DNA of 64,000 nt from Methanothrix sp. (lineage in GTDB: Archaea; Halobacteriota; Methanosarcinia; Methanotrichales; Methanotrichaceae), in the NCBI GenBank assembly GCA_040770465.1, contig JAXGJB010000006.1, positions 1 to 64,000 on the forward strand, read 5' to 3'. Positions 19,419 to 28,625 of this stretch are shown here, piece after piece. Within the stretch, counting starts at the first letter, position 1. Each line of letters starts with the position of its first letter. The notes beneath the pieces were generated by a model. That model saw only the letters and a list, made by a program, of their open reading frames with translations. It was not told where the DNA came from and ran no database searches. The position numbers and the translations under genes were made by a program.

Positions 19419-20213
19419 TTGCACAACTGGAGTCCGGATAAGTACGAGAAGAGCTCCTCTGCCCAGAAGCTCTGGGCGGATGAGCTGATAAATAAGATCG
19501 AGATACAGGGCGACGAGAGGGTCCTCGATATCGGCTGCGGCGACGGCAGGATCACCGCGGGGATCGCCGACCTCGTCCCGAGGGGCTCGGTCCTGGGGAT
19601 CGACAGCTCCGAGGAGATGGTCTGTTTCGCTGGAAGGAGGTTTCCGCCCGAGAGCTGCCGAAACCTCTCTTTCCAGCAGGCCGACGCCCGAGACCTCTCG
19701 TTTGAGGAGGAGTTCGACCTGGTCGTCTCCTTCGCCGCCCTCCACTGGGTCCTGGACCACGCCCCCGTCCTTCGGGGAATCCAGCGAGCCCTCAAGCCCG
19801 GCGGCCGAGCATTCCTCCAGTTCGGCGGTCGGGGGAACGCCGCAGCCCCCCTCGGGATCGCCGACGAGATGATACGAGAGGAGAGGTGGCACCGTTACTT
19901 CGAGGGCTTCGACTTCCGGTACGGGTTCTTCGGGGCCGAGGAGTACCGGGGCTGGCTCGTCGAGTCCGGCCTTATCCCCAGGAGGGTCGAGCTGATCCCA
20001 AAGGAGATGATCCAGCCGGGACCAGAGGAGTTTTGCGGCTGGATCGAGACGACGTGGCTTCCCTACACCGAGCGGGTGCCCGAGGACCTCCGCCGGGATT
20101 TCGTCTCTGAGATCGTCGACCGCTACCTACGGGATCACCCGCTCGACGGCAAAGGGTGGGTCCACGTCGGGATGGTGAGGCTTGAGGTGGTGGCGGAGAA
20201 GCCCCGGAGCTGA
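19419..20213 (+). CDS. Class I SAM-dependent methyltransferase (Tam-like)
   Basis: [27 protein letters not shown]. Confidence 0.9.
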   Translation: MHNWSPDKYEKSSSAQKLWADELINKIEIQGDERVLDIGCGDGRITAGIADLVPRGSVLGIDSSEEMVCFAGRRFPPESCRNLSFQQADARDLSFEEEFDLVVSFAALHWVLDHAPVLRGIQRALKPGGRAFLQFGGRGNAAAPLGIADEMIREERWHRYFEGFDFRYGFFGAEEYRGWLVESGLIPRRVELIPKEMIQPGPEEFCGWIETTWLPYTERVPEDLRRDFVSEIVDRYLRDHPLDGKGWVHVGMVRLEVVAEKPRS

Positions 20214-20231
20214 AGACGGAGCTGAACACTG

Positions 20232-20330
20232 TCCCAGACGATGACGCCGCCGGCGCCGTACTCCCCCTCGGGGATCGTCCCCTCAAAGTCGATGTAGTCG
20301 AGGGGGTGGTCCTCGGTGGGGACGGCGACG
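20232..20330 (-). pseudogene. Fragment of a LigD 3'-phosphoesterase (PE) domain
   Basis: [32 protein letters not shown] is the LigD PE core; the rest of the domain is absent. Confidence 0.8.
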
Positions 20331-20374
20331 CCACCAGTTTTGAATTTGAAATACAAGTATCTGGATGCTTTTGC

Positions 20375-21247
20375 CTAAACTCTCAGGATATCTCTCCTGT
20401 CGATGATCTTGAGGCTGGACAGAAAAGACCTGGCGGTGAGGGGGTTTGCCATCATCTCGGGGAGGCCGAGCTCTTCGACGGTTCGCCGGCACAGCTCCAT
20501 TCCGTCCTGCGAAGAGCTCGCCTCCGCAGACCTGATGACTGCATCGTGAATCCGCTGAAGATAGCCGAGACCCCGGTCCATGACGCGGCGTGCATCATCA
20601 CCAAACCGCGGCTCATCCCAGGCCGAAAGGAGGACTTTGACTCCATCGATCGCCCGCAACCTCGCGATCGATCGGACGGAGGCCAGGATGTCGTCGTATA
20701 TCGGCATGGTCCCATCGAGGGGAACGGCATCGGCGGAGAAGAGGACCCCGTCCTCGGGCATCCAGAGGGAGATCGAGCCGGGGGAGTGTCCGGGGGTGTG
20801 AAGGACTTCGAGCCTGATCCCATCTCCCAGATCGATGACGTCCCCATCCTGGAGTATCTCGTCGATCCCAACCGAACCGCCCACAAGATCCCAAAAGCCC
20901 GGGACGGGTCGCTCTGCAAGCTGCCGATCGGCGTCCTCTATCCAGACCCTGTCTCCCGGATGGGATGCCACCGAGCAGCCGGAGATCTCCTTGATCGCCC
21001 CGGCCGCCCCCATGTGGTCGGGATGGCCGTGGGTCAGGATCAGCCGCGATATATCCTCCGGTCCTCGGCCCGTCTTTCTCAGATGATCGACGATGATCGC
21101 CTCAGAGGATGCCACACCTCCGTCGACGAGAGATATGTCTTCGCCGCATATCATATAGATGAAAACGAACCGCGAAAGTGCAATGCCGGAAGGATCTCTG
21201 ATGCTGAAGGGGATCTTCAGGGGGTGGATGTGATCTGGGATCTTCAT
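20375..21247 (-). CDS. MBL-fold metallo-hydrolase
   Basis: THGHPDHMG, HTPGHSPGS, FSADA; likely start ATG 21247. Confidence 0.9.
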   Translation of the reverse strand: MKIPDHIHPLKIPFSIRDPSGIALSRFVFIYMICGEDISLVDGGVASSEAIIVDHLRKTGRGPEDISRLILTHGHPDHMGAAGAIKEISGCSVASHPGDRVWIEDADRQLAERPVPGFWDLVGGSVGIDEILQDGDVIDLGDGIRLEVLHTPGHSPGSISLWMPEDGVLFSADAVPLDGTMPIYDDILASVRSIARLRAIDGVKVLLSAWDEPRFGDDARRVMDRGLGYLQRIHDAVIRSAEASSSQDGMELCRRTVEELGLPEMMANPLTARSFLSSLKIIDRRDILRV

Positions 21248-21527
21248 AATCTCTCGCTCCTGAAACTTTCGGTCGTTTCTCCGGCTCTTGCTCGGCCCCC
21301 ATTTAAATTGTTGTCGCATATCTCCAGAGCCCTCCGGTACCATATCCCCTGATCTCCGCCTTCAACCGACGAGCCGTTCGTCTTCTCGTTTCGATCGCGC
21401 CGATCATCATCCCAGAAGCCCTCATCCCTGATAAGCAAGATAATATAAAAATTAACCCCGGACGTAATTTTTGGATTATCGAAACATTCTAATTCTTTAA
21501 AGGGGTAATATCTTCAGGTGAAATTTC

Positions 21528-22631
21528 ATGGACGCCGAAAAACTATGGTTCTCCAAACTGGAGCGCCAATACTCCGCCGATCTGGGACAGTTCCGATGGA
21601 CGGATGAGCAGAGGACCTGGGATTGGACCAAGCTCACTTCGTTGGAGCTGGTGATGACCAGGAACGGCACAAAGAAGCTGATATTGAGAAGAGAAGGACA
21701 TATAACCACCAAGAAAGGGCGACCTGAAGAAAACGCCTCCCGCGGCAAGGATGAATTTGACGCAACACTGAGGTATATGCTGGGAATCGATATCGACGAC
21801 CATCTTGGAGATATCAAGACCGATTATTATACTGCCAAGATCTACAATCACAAGGACGGAAGCTGGGATCTGGAAGGTCCAAAGAAGAGGTGGTCCTTTC
21901 AAATCGGCGATGATGCATGGCTGTGGCAGTGGGCAGACGACAACCCAAATTTATTGAGGAGTCCCCTGAATGCAAAGATTGGTGAGGTTCATAAATATAT
22001 AAAGAATATTTTATCAGCTGATGATCTGGTCTATACCAACATATTCGACCTGGGCGTCAAGCCGAACAGCGAATGCTGTCCGGTCATATACCAGCCTGCA
22101 GTGGATGGGATGAAGAACTTCATCCGGGAGATTCACTGCTCGACCACCGCCGGGTATGGAAAGAAGGAGGTAGAGGTCACCATAGTCTTCAACAACGAAG
22201 AGCTGAGAAGACATAAGATCCTGAATCGGATTTATGAACAGGTCCGAAACGCCAAATACGGCCGATTGAAGGATGTAGAGAGCTTCGTCATCATGGTGGA
22301 CTCCGCCAAAGACAAAGCCAACGGGCTGCGCTTCGAGAATATCTACAGCGGTCACCACGACCTCGAAGAAGACACGATCCACGGGGACGCTGAAGGGGAT
22401 CTCCCTCCGCATCGAGTGAGATATTATGCCGACGATTATAACCATCCGATAATCTTCATCAACACGTCAAACCACGCCATGGCGGAGCATGATACAAACC
22501 CCGACCTCTGGAAGTGGGAGTATGTTCCCTGGAGTGACGACAGGCCCTTTGTATCAGGCAAAAAAAGCCGCGACGAGGTGGACAGACCGTTTAAGAGCCT
22601 TCTCAAGAGGCTCCTCGAAAGATTCACCTGA
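21528..22631 (+). CDS. Hypothetical protein
   Basis: 367-aa ORF with AGGTGA RBS and lower GC; no certain family. Confidence 0.75.
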   Translation: MDAEKLWFSKLERQYSADLGQFRWTDEQRTWDWTKLTSLELVMTRNGTKKLILRREGHITTKKGRPEENASRGKDEFDATLRYMLGIDIDDHLGDIKTDYYTAKIYNHKDGSWDLEGPKKRWSFQIGDDAWLWQWADDNPNLLRSPLNAKIGEVHKYIKNILSADDLVYTNIFDLGVKPNSECCPVIYQPAVDGMKNFIREIHCSTTAGYGKKEVEVTIVFNNEELRRHKILNRIYEQVRNAKYGRLKDVESFVIMVDSAKDKANGLRFENIYSGHHDLEEDTIHGDAEGDLPPHRVRYYADDYNHPIIFINTSNHAMAEHDTNPDLWKWEYVPWSDDRPFVSGKKSRDEVDRPFKSLLKRLLERFT

Positions 22632-22918
22632 AATCGTTGATCGGCATTATTATTGAAATTCGGTAATCCATTGAGAATCCTGGCAATAGCCGATCTTCCG
22701 GAGGATTCTGAGTCCAAGCTCCGACCTCAAACCCACAACTTCCAAGGACGTCCCTATGCGGCCTCAACTCGATTGCCTGCGGATTCACTCTGGTCCGGAC
22801 CCCGGCAAGCTCTGGTGGGGCGACTCAAGCTCTCTTCTCATCAATCGGATCCGGTCAAATACCGGGAGCTGGAAAGGGCTATTTCTGGGGTCTGGGGCTG
22901 GTCTCGACTCATCTCCTT

Positions 22919-23947
22919 TCAGCTCTGATGTCTCAGCCAGTCGTTCCAGGTGTACAGCCTGGCGTCGCGCCCCTGGAGCATCAGGGCGTACCAGACGATG
23001 GAGGCCTGGCCACCGTTCTTGGTGTAGACGGCGACGGGCCGATCCGCCTCCAAGTCGGCGAAGATCCCGGCGAGGGCCGAGTCATCCTTGATCCAGCCGC
23101 CGTCGATCATCCTGTTGAAGTCGATGTTGACGGCTCCATCGATATGACCGGCAGCGAACTGACCCGGTGTCCTTGCATCGACGACCACAAACTCGCCGGC
23201 GGCGACTGAGTCGTAATCTGCGAGAAGCTCGGGGCGGAGGTGTGATGTGTAGGTGGCGGCAGGCCTCGTCGTCGTCGAACCCGCAGTGGGAATCCCGGCC
23301 GCCGCCCAATCTCCCGAAGATCCCCGGAGGATCGTGACGTTCTCGTGGCCCAGGTACTGCATGATCCAGAAGACAAAGGTAGGATCACCACAGGAGAGGC
23401 AGTCGCCGTAAATCACCAGATCGTCATCTTCGGTGACCCCCGCATTCCCGAGAACCCCGGCCATTTCAGATTCGGATTTCAACATGCCTAGCCCGGAATC
23501 GTCGTTCTTGACGAAGCTCTTTGAGGGGAGGTTTATCGATCCCTCGATGTAGGATGAGCTCTGGGGCGCGGTGTTGCTGACGTAGGCGATCAAGGGCTTT
23601 TTGTCACCGTCGAGCCTCAACTTAAGCTCCTGGGCTGAGACGGACCAGGTGCTGGTGTCATAATCGTCATAAAAAGCCGCTTCGGTCCCAGCTTCAGCGC
23701 CCGTCTCAGACTCAGAATTCATACCATCCGATGGGGCCGAATCGTTCGAAGCGGCTGAATTGTTCGAGGTGGCCGAATCGTTCGACGATCCCCCCAGAGC
23801 CGTCTCGATCCACGACTCGCCGTCCCAGATGCCGCCGCTTCCTCCGCCGCACGATGGGCATTCGGCCTCTGCGCCGCCTAAAAGGACGACCAACGTTATC
23901 ATAACAGCCCCATACTTCGCTATGTTGCTTCGCATCTTTTTATTCAC
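22919..23947 (-). CDS. Secreted tandem-domain rhodanese-like protein, copy 1
   Basis: Signal peptide ending AEA then CPSC; [39 protein letters not shown]; catalytic Cys position reads VYTKNG. Confidence 0.85.
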   Translation of the reverse strand: MNKKMRSNIAKYGAVMITLVVLLGGAEAECPSCGGGSGGIWDGESWIETALGGSSNDSATSNNSAASNDSAPSDGMNSESETGAEAGTEAAFYDDYDTSTWSVSAQELKLRLDGDKKPLIAYVSNTAPQSSSYIEGSINLPSKSFVKNDDSGLGMLKSESEMAGVLGNAGVTEDDDLVIYGDCLSCGDPTFVFWIMQYLGHENVTILRGSSGDWAAAGIPTAGSTTTRPAATYTSHLRPELLADYDSVAAGEFVVVDARTPGQFAAGHIDGAVNIDFNRMIDGGWIKDDSALAGIFADLEADRPVAVYTKNGGQASIVWYALMLQGRDARLYTWNDWLRHQS

Positions 23948-23998
23948 TTCCTGAAAAGAACCCCACTTTTAGGACCCCACTTTTGAGATGGGGCCCGT

Positions 23999-24418
23999 TC
24001 ATACCCTCCCCTCTCCTGTCACCAGCTCTGCCAGTTTCATCATCTCGATGACCGCCCCATCTGAGAGCCGGTAACGGGACCACTTTCCCTCCTTCCTCTC
24101 CTTTACCAGACCCGCCCCCTTCAGGATAGATAGATGATGAGACGTGGACGACTGGGGCCTGTCGAGGGCGGTCATGATCTCGCAGACGCAGAGCTCCCCC
24201 CCCCTGAGGAGCTCGAGGATCGCAAGCCTGCAGGGGTCTGCCATGGCCTTGAAGACCTCGGCCCCGGCAACTAGCCGACCCTCATCCAGATTTTCGGTTA
24301 ATGTTTGAAGCCTCCGGGCTGCATTCTCGGCCTTGCATCGATCTCCCGTCAGCCTTGTAAGCCTCTCAATGCAGGGGTCCGGGGTTTTTATCTCCTTACT
24401 AATGTCGATCAGCCCCAT
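23999..24418 (-). CDS. arsR: ArsR/SmtB family transcriptional regulator
   Basis: FKAMADPCRL, ELCVCEI metalloid box, SHHLSILK. Confidence 0.9.
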   Translation of the reverse strand: MGLIDISKEIKTPDPCIERLTRLTGDRCKAENAARRLQTLTENLDEGRLVAGAEVFKAMADPCRLAILELLRGGELCVCEIMTALDRPQSSTSHHLSILKGAGLVKERKEGKWSRYRLSDGAVIEMMKLAELVTGEGRV

Positions 24419-24428
24419 ATCGATCGGC

Positions 24429-24572
24429 TCAGCAGCAGGAGCACCCAGAAGATGGAAGAAGCATCTCCGCCTCCTGTCTCAAGCATTCCCTGCAGATCCT
24501 CACCCGCCCCCTCTTCCGATGCCTCGCTTTGAAGAGGGGATCCGACTCCTTGCCGCAGATCTCACATATCAT
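24429..24572 (-). CDS. 47-aa Cys-rich microprotein, copy 1 (CxxC...CxxC...CSCC)
   Basis: Manual translation MICEICGKESDPLFKARHRKRGRVRICRECLRQEAEMLLPSSGCSCC*; same-length paralog at 27909-28052. Confidence 0.8.
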   Translation of the reverse strand: MICEICGKESDPLFKARHRKRGRVRICRECLRQEAEMLLPSSGCSCC

Positions 24573-24733
24573 TAAGGACCACATCCCCGTTATGGAGGTC
24601 CGGAGGAAGATCTCTCTGGCCCGGGTTCCGGATTGGGGTGGCAGAAACCGTCAAATCCACCTTCGGACCGCAGTTCAAAGGGATTAAGGATGGAGAGATC
24701 TCCGACCGTCTCCATAGAGCTCGCAATTTTCGT

Positions 24734-24765
24734 ATCAAGTTTATTCGATATATAAGGGTATCGAA
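24734..24765 (-). promoter_or_regulatory. TATA box with overlapping ArsR-type operator
   Basis: ATCAA-N6-TCGAT at 24734-24749 and TTCGATA-N8-TATCGAA at 24744-24765 around CTTATATA (minus strand); conserved at 28283-28314. Confidence 0.7.
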
Positions 24766-24872
24766 ACTCAGGTCACCTTCAGCCCGTCCGAATAAGGCGA
24801 TTTATTCGGATGGTATTTTAAAATAAGAAAAAGCATTATCGTCCCAAAATTGTAGATTAAATGGCTGTTTTC

Positions 24873-24910
24873 TGTGGATTATTGCTCCGCCTATCCAACA
24901 ACTATATATG
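24873..24910 (+). promoter_or_regulatory. Conserved inverted repeat plus TATA upstream of thioredoxin-like gene
   Basis: TGTGGAT-N13-ATCCAACA followed by CTATATAT; same motif at 28423-28460. Confidence 0.55.
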
Positions 24911-25061
24911 AACGTACTTCAACAAAAGGCCAAATCGGCTAGAAGCGCCAAAAAAAAGGGCCTCTCGAAATCCGCCTTCATGAATATAGAAATGCGCTCT
25001 GCTCAAGCTGGGAATTTATGCTGTAACGAATAGAAAGTGTGATAGATATAGAGAGTGGGAG

Positions 25062-25619
25062 TTGGTATATATTTCGAGAAAAGTCACAAATACCCTTGCT
25101 GCCCTGGTTTTAGGGCTAGTTCTTTCCGCCGGCCTTGTCGCCTCCGTCTCGGCGACGGAGTATTCCGTCGGGGAGGGGCCCGACGATTGGTGGACCGTCT
25201 ACCAGGATCTGCATACGAATTCCGGCGCCGAGGTCGACCACCCCTCGTGGGTCCTGGACCTCCTGGCGGAGAAGCCGGTTCTCATTCTTGATCACAGCAC
25301 CAACTGCGAAGGCTGCATCAACCAGGAGGCCTACGTCAACGCCGTCCTGGAGGACTACGGCGATGACGTGGCGTACGAGAACCTTATCACCGGCAGCGGC
25401 GACTGGAAGGCCGACACCCTCTTCGACATCTACGATCCCAACGGTGGCAAGCCCACCATGCCGCTGACGGTGATTCTGACGTTGGTGGAAGTTGACGGGG
25501 AGGTCGTGGTCGGATGGCACAGCATGGAGGACGCCGCCGGTGGGGAGGAGATGGTCAGATCCTACGTTGAGGACGCCATCGACTATTACGACGAGAACGC
25601 CGACGACTGGGAAGCGTGA
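25062..25619 (+). CDS. Secreted thioredoxin-like protein, copy 1
   Basis: Signal peptide, CEGC active site, cis-Pro-like MPLTVIL, very acidic. Confidence 0.85.
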   Translation: MVYISRKVTNTLAALVLGLVLSAGLVASVSATEYSVGEGPDDWWTVYQDLHTNSGAEVDHPSWVLDLLAEKPVLILDHSTNCEGCINQEAYVNAVLEDYGDDVAYENLITGSGDWKADTLFDIYDPNGGKPTMPLTVILTLVEVDGEVVVGWHSMEDAAGGEEMVRSYVEDAIDYYDENADDWEA

Positions 25620-25823
25620 TCGGATAGGTGCCCAAATTTTTATCTTTTTTTTATCTTTGATGCCTGAACCTGAGGAGGAGAAGACGAATCCGGAGGTAAG
25701 GACGATCCTTCGCTTCCATGAGGCAAATGCTCGCACTAAGATCGACGAGCCTCCGGAAATTTCTGTGAAATCTGACGGCGGACGGTACCACCAACCTCTA
25801 TGGTACCATCCCCTCTTCTACTT

Positions 25824-26798
25824 CTAAACAGCTGGCTGATGTCTCAGCCAGTCGTTCCAGGTATAAAGCCTGGCATCGTACCCCAAATGCTGAAGGGCAG
25901 ACCAGACGATGGAGGCCTCGCGGACGTCGTCGGAATAGACGACAACGGGCCTTTCAGGATCAAGATCGATGAATATCTCGGTGAGGGCTGAATCGTCCTT
26001 GATCCAGTCGCCCTCGATCACGCGGTTGTAGTCGATATTTATCGCTCCATCGATGTGACCTGCTGCGAACTTATCTGGGGTCCTAGCGTCAACTATCACA
26101 AACTCGCCTGCGGCGACGGACTCGTAATCGGCGAGAAGCTCAGGGACTGGATCGTCCAAGTAGATTGCAGCGGGCTTCGTCGTCGTGGACGATGCCGTGG
26201 ACAGTCCGGTCGCTGGTCCCTTGAGGATCTGGACGTTCTGGTGGCCCAGGTACGACATGACCCAGAAGACGAAAGTTGAATCGCCACAGGAGAAACAGTC
26301 ACCGTATAGCACCACAGCATCCTCCTCGTTGATCCCAGCGCTGCCGAGAACCCCAGCCAGGTCAGAGACGGATTTCAGCGTTTCATTTCCTGAATCGTCT
26401 TCTTGGATGAAGTTATCTGAAGGAAGATTGATCGATCCGTCGATGTAGGATGAGTTTTGTGGTGGGGTGTTGCTGACATAGGCGATCACGGGCTTCGTTT
26501 CTTCTTCTAGAATCTCCTCCAGCTCTTGGGAGGATATGAACGAGTAGCCGATGTTGTCATTCTGGTCCGACACCACCTCGGATCCCTCAACTACGGTCTC
26601 GGCTTCCGTCCCAGTCGACGTGGCAGATTCGCCTGATTCCTGGCTCATCGAGTCTCCGAGCCATGATTGGCCGCTCCATGTGCCACTAATTCCGCTGCTA
26701 CTACCTCCGCCACCGCAGGCGCATCCGGCTTCTGCTCCGCCTGCAAAAGCGATCATAACGACCAGGATCGCTCCATACTTCGCTAGTTCACAACGCAT
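25824..26798 (-). CDS. Secreted tandem-domain rhodanese-like protein, copy 2
   Basis: Paralog of 22919-23947; AEA-GCAC N-terminus, [30 protein letters not shown]; catalytic position reads VYSDD. Confidence 0.85.
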   Translation of the reverse strand: MRCELAKYGAILVVMIAFAGGAEAGCACGGGGSSSGISGTWSGQSWLGDSMSQESGESATSTGTEAETVVEGSEVVSDQNDNIGYSFISSQELEEILEEETKPVIAYVSNTPPQNSSYIDGSINLPSDNFIQEDDSGNETLKSVSDLAGVLGSAGINEEDAVVLYGDCFSCGDSTFVFWVMSYLGHQNVQILKGPATGLSTASSTTTKPAAIYLDDPVPELLADYESVAAGEFVIVDARTPDKFAAGHIDGAINIDYNRVIEGDWIKDDSALTEIFIDLDPERPVVVYSDDVREASIVWSALQHLGYDARLYTWNDWLRHQPAV

Positions 26799-27856
26799 TC
26801 AGTATACACTCCTTGAAAGTACATTTCTTTGAAATAAAGCGCCACGTTCACCAGGCTTATCAGCACGGGAACCTCCACCAGGGGACCGATAACAGCCGCG
26901 AATGCCTCGCCGGAGTCGATGCCGAATACGGCTACCGCAACTGCGATGGCCAGCTCGAAGTTGTTGCTTGCTGCGGTGAAGGAGAGGGCCGCGGTGTTCT
27001 CGTAGCTAACGCCCATCTTGTGGGATATGAAGAAGGCTACAAGGAACATTGCCAGGAAGTAGATGATGAGAGGAAACGCGACCCTCACCACGTCGAAGGG
27101 AAGCTCAACGATGTATTCGCCCTTGAGGGAGAACATGACGACGATGGTGAAAAGGAGGGCGATCAGGGTCAGGGGGGAGATCTTGGGGATGAACCTCTCT
27201 TCGTACCAGTTTTTTCCCCTCCTTTTGATCAGAGCAAATCGGGTGATGATCCCCGCGAGGAAGGGTATCCCGAGATAAACGAAGACGCTCTTGGCGATAT
27301 CAGCCATGGTTATGGCCACCACGAACCCTTCAGATATCCCGAGGATGGGGGGAAGAACCGTGATGAATACGTATGCGTAGACTGAGTAGAAGAGGACCTG
27401 GAAGATCGAGTTGAGGCCGACGAGCCCCGCACAGTACTCGGTGCATCCGCAGGCAAGCTCGTTCCATACTATCACCATTGCGATGCACCGGGCGATCCCG
27501 ATCAGAATCAGGCCAACCATGAAATGAGGGTAATCCCGAAGGAATATGACCGCCAGGCCGAACATGAGGACCGGCCCGACCGCCCAGTTCAGAAAAAGGG
27601 ATAGACCTAGCACTTTCGTGTCTTTGAAGACCTCACCCAGCTCCTCGTACTTCACCTTGGCAAGGGGCGGGTACATCATCAAGATCAGGCCGACGGCGAT
27701 GGGGATCGATGTGGTCCCAACCTGAAAGCCGGTTACGAACTCCGAGACTCTGGGGAAGAAATAGCCCATCCCGATGCCGAGGATCATCGCACCGAAGATC
27801 CAGACCGTCAACAACCTGCTCAAGAGCGGGAGCCTAGCCCTTTCTCTCTCGTTCAT
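26783..27856 (-). CDS. acr3: Acr3 family arsenite efflux transporter
   Basis: [54 protein letters not shown]. Confidence 0.95.
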   Translation of the reverse strand: MNERERARLPLLSRLLTVWIFGAMILGIGMGYFFPRVSEFVTGFQVGTTSIPIAVGLILMMYPPLAKVKYEELGEVFKDTKVLGLSLFLNWAVGPVLMFGLAVIFLRDYPHFMVGLILIGIARCIAMVIVWNELACGCTEYCAGLVGLNSIFQVLFYSVYAYVFITVLPPILGISEGFVVAITMADIAKSVFVYLGIPFLAGIITRFALIKRRGKNWYEERFIPKISPLTLIALLFTIVVMFSLKGEYIVELPFDVVRVAFPLIIYFLAMFLVAFFISHKMGVSYENTAALSFTAASNNFELAIAVAVAVFGIDSGEAFAAVIGPLVEVPVLISLVNVALYFKEMYFQGVYTECVVN

Positions 27857-27908
27857 CCATATCAAGTCCTAAAAATCCTCGATAAGCCTTTCTTCCTCTG
27901 CCATCGGA

Positions 27909-28052
27909 TCAGCAGCAGGAGCACCCATCGGAGGGAAGAAGCATCCCCTCCTCAGCTCTCAGACATTCTTCGCATATCTTCACCCGTCCCCACCTCCGGT
28001 GCTTCACCTTGAAGAGGGAATCTGATTCCTTGCAGCATATCTCACATTTCAT
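27909..28052 (-). CDS. 47-aa Cys-rich microprotein, copy 2
   Basis: Manual translation MKCEICCKESDSLFKVKHRRWGRVKICEECLRAEEGMLLPSDGCSCC*; GAGGA RBS upstream. Confidence 0.8.
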   Translation of the reverse strand: MKCEICCKESDSLFKVKHRRWGRVKICEECLRAEEGMLLPSDGCSCC

Positions 28053-28282
28053 GTCTTCCTCAGCCCCAAGCCGGCTCGTCCCCATCGAGCCTTCTCGCCG
28101 ATGTCCACCATCGTTGGTCCTCCCAAAGGTCTCTCCGAAGCGGACATCCTCGCCATTAGGCCATCACGCGGATCTATCGTGCCGACGATAAAGGGTCAGG
28201 AAGAGCAGCAACCATCCTCTTGATGGTGGCCTTTATCGATGCGGATAATCCCGGCATTCCTGCCTGATTTTGCAGCACTCGC

Positions 28283-28314
28283 ATCAATCCTTTTCGATAT
28301 ATAAGTTTATCGAC
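28283..28314 (-). promoter_or_regulatory. TATA box with overlapping ArsR-type operator, copy 2
   Basis: ATCAA-N6-TCGAT at 28283-28298 and TTCGATA-N8-TATCGA around CTTATATA (minus strand). Confidence 0.7.
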
Positions 28315-28422
28315 TCGATCAGATCGCCCTCCTTCGTCCTTAAATAGGGCGTTTGTACAGGTGTTATTATGACTCAATATGAGCCAATATCATCCAAAAT
28401 GAAGCAGCTAAAATGTAGTTTT

Positions 28423-28460
28423 TGTGGATAATTGGCTTGGTGATCCAACAGATTTATATA
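28423..28460 (+). promoter_or_regulatory. Conserved inverted repeat plus TATA, copy 2
   Basis: TGTGGAT-N13-ATCCAACA followed by TTTATATA. Confidence 0.55.
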
Positions 28461-28625
28461 TCAATCTAATCCACCAAGAATTCCGTTCAGCCGGCACGGC
28501 AAAACTGGGAGTCGTTCTAAATCCAAGTTCATGGATATAACGGCTCCTGAATCACGCCGGAAATGGGCCTGGCTGGACCTGTGTGCATATGGTGTGAGAA
28601 AGAGAGTGGGTGAAAGAAAACGATA

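Noticed and set aside
24429-24431. TGA after CSCC in both microproteins read as selenocysteine
   Set aside because: Read-through sequences are not conserved between the two copies beyond a codon or so, no SECIS was recognised, and Sec is not known in this inferred lineage.
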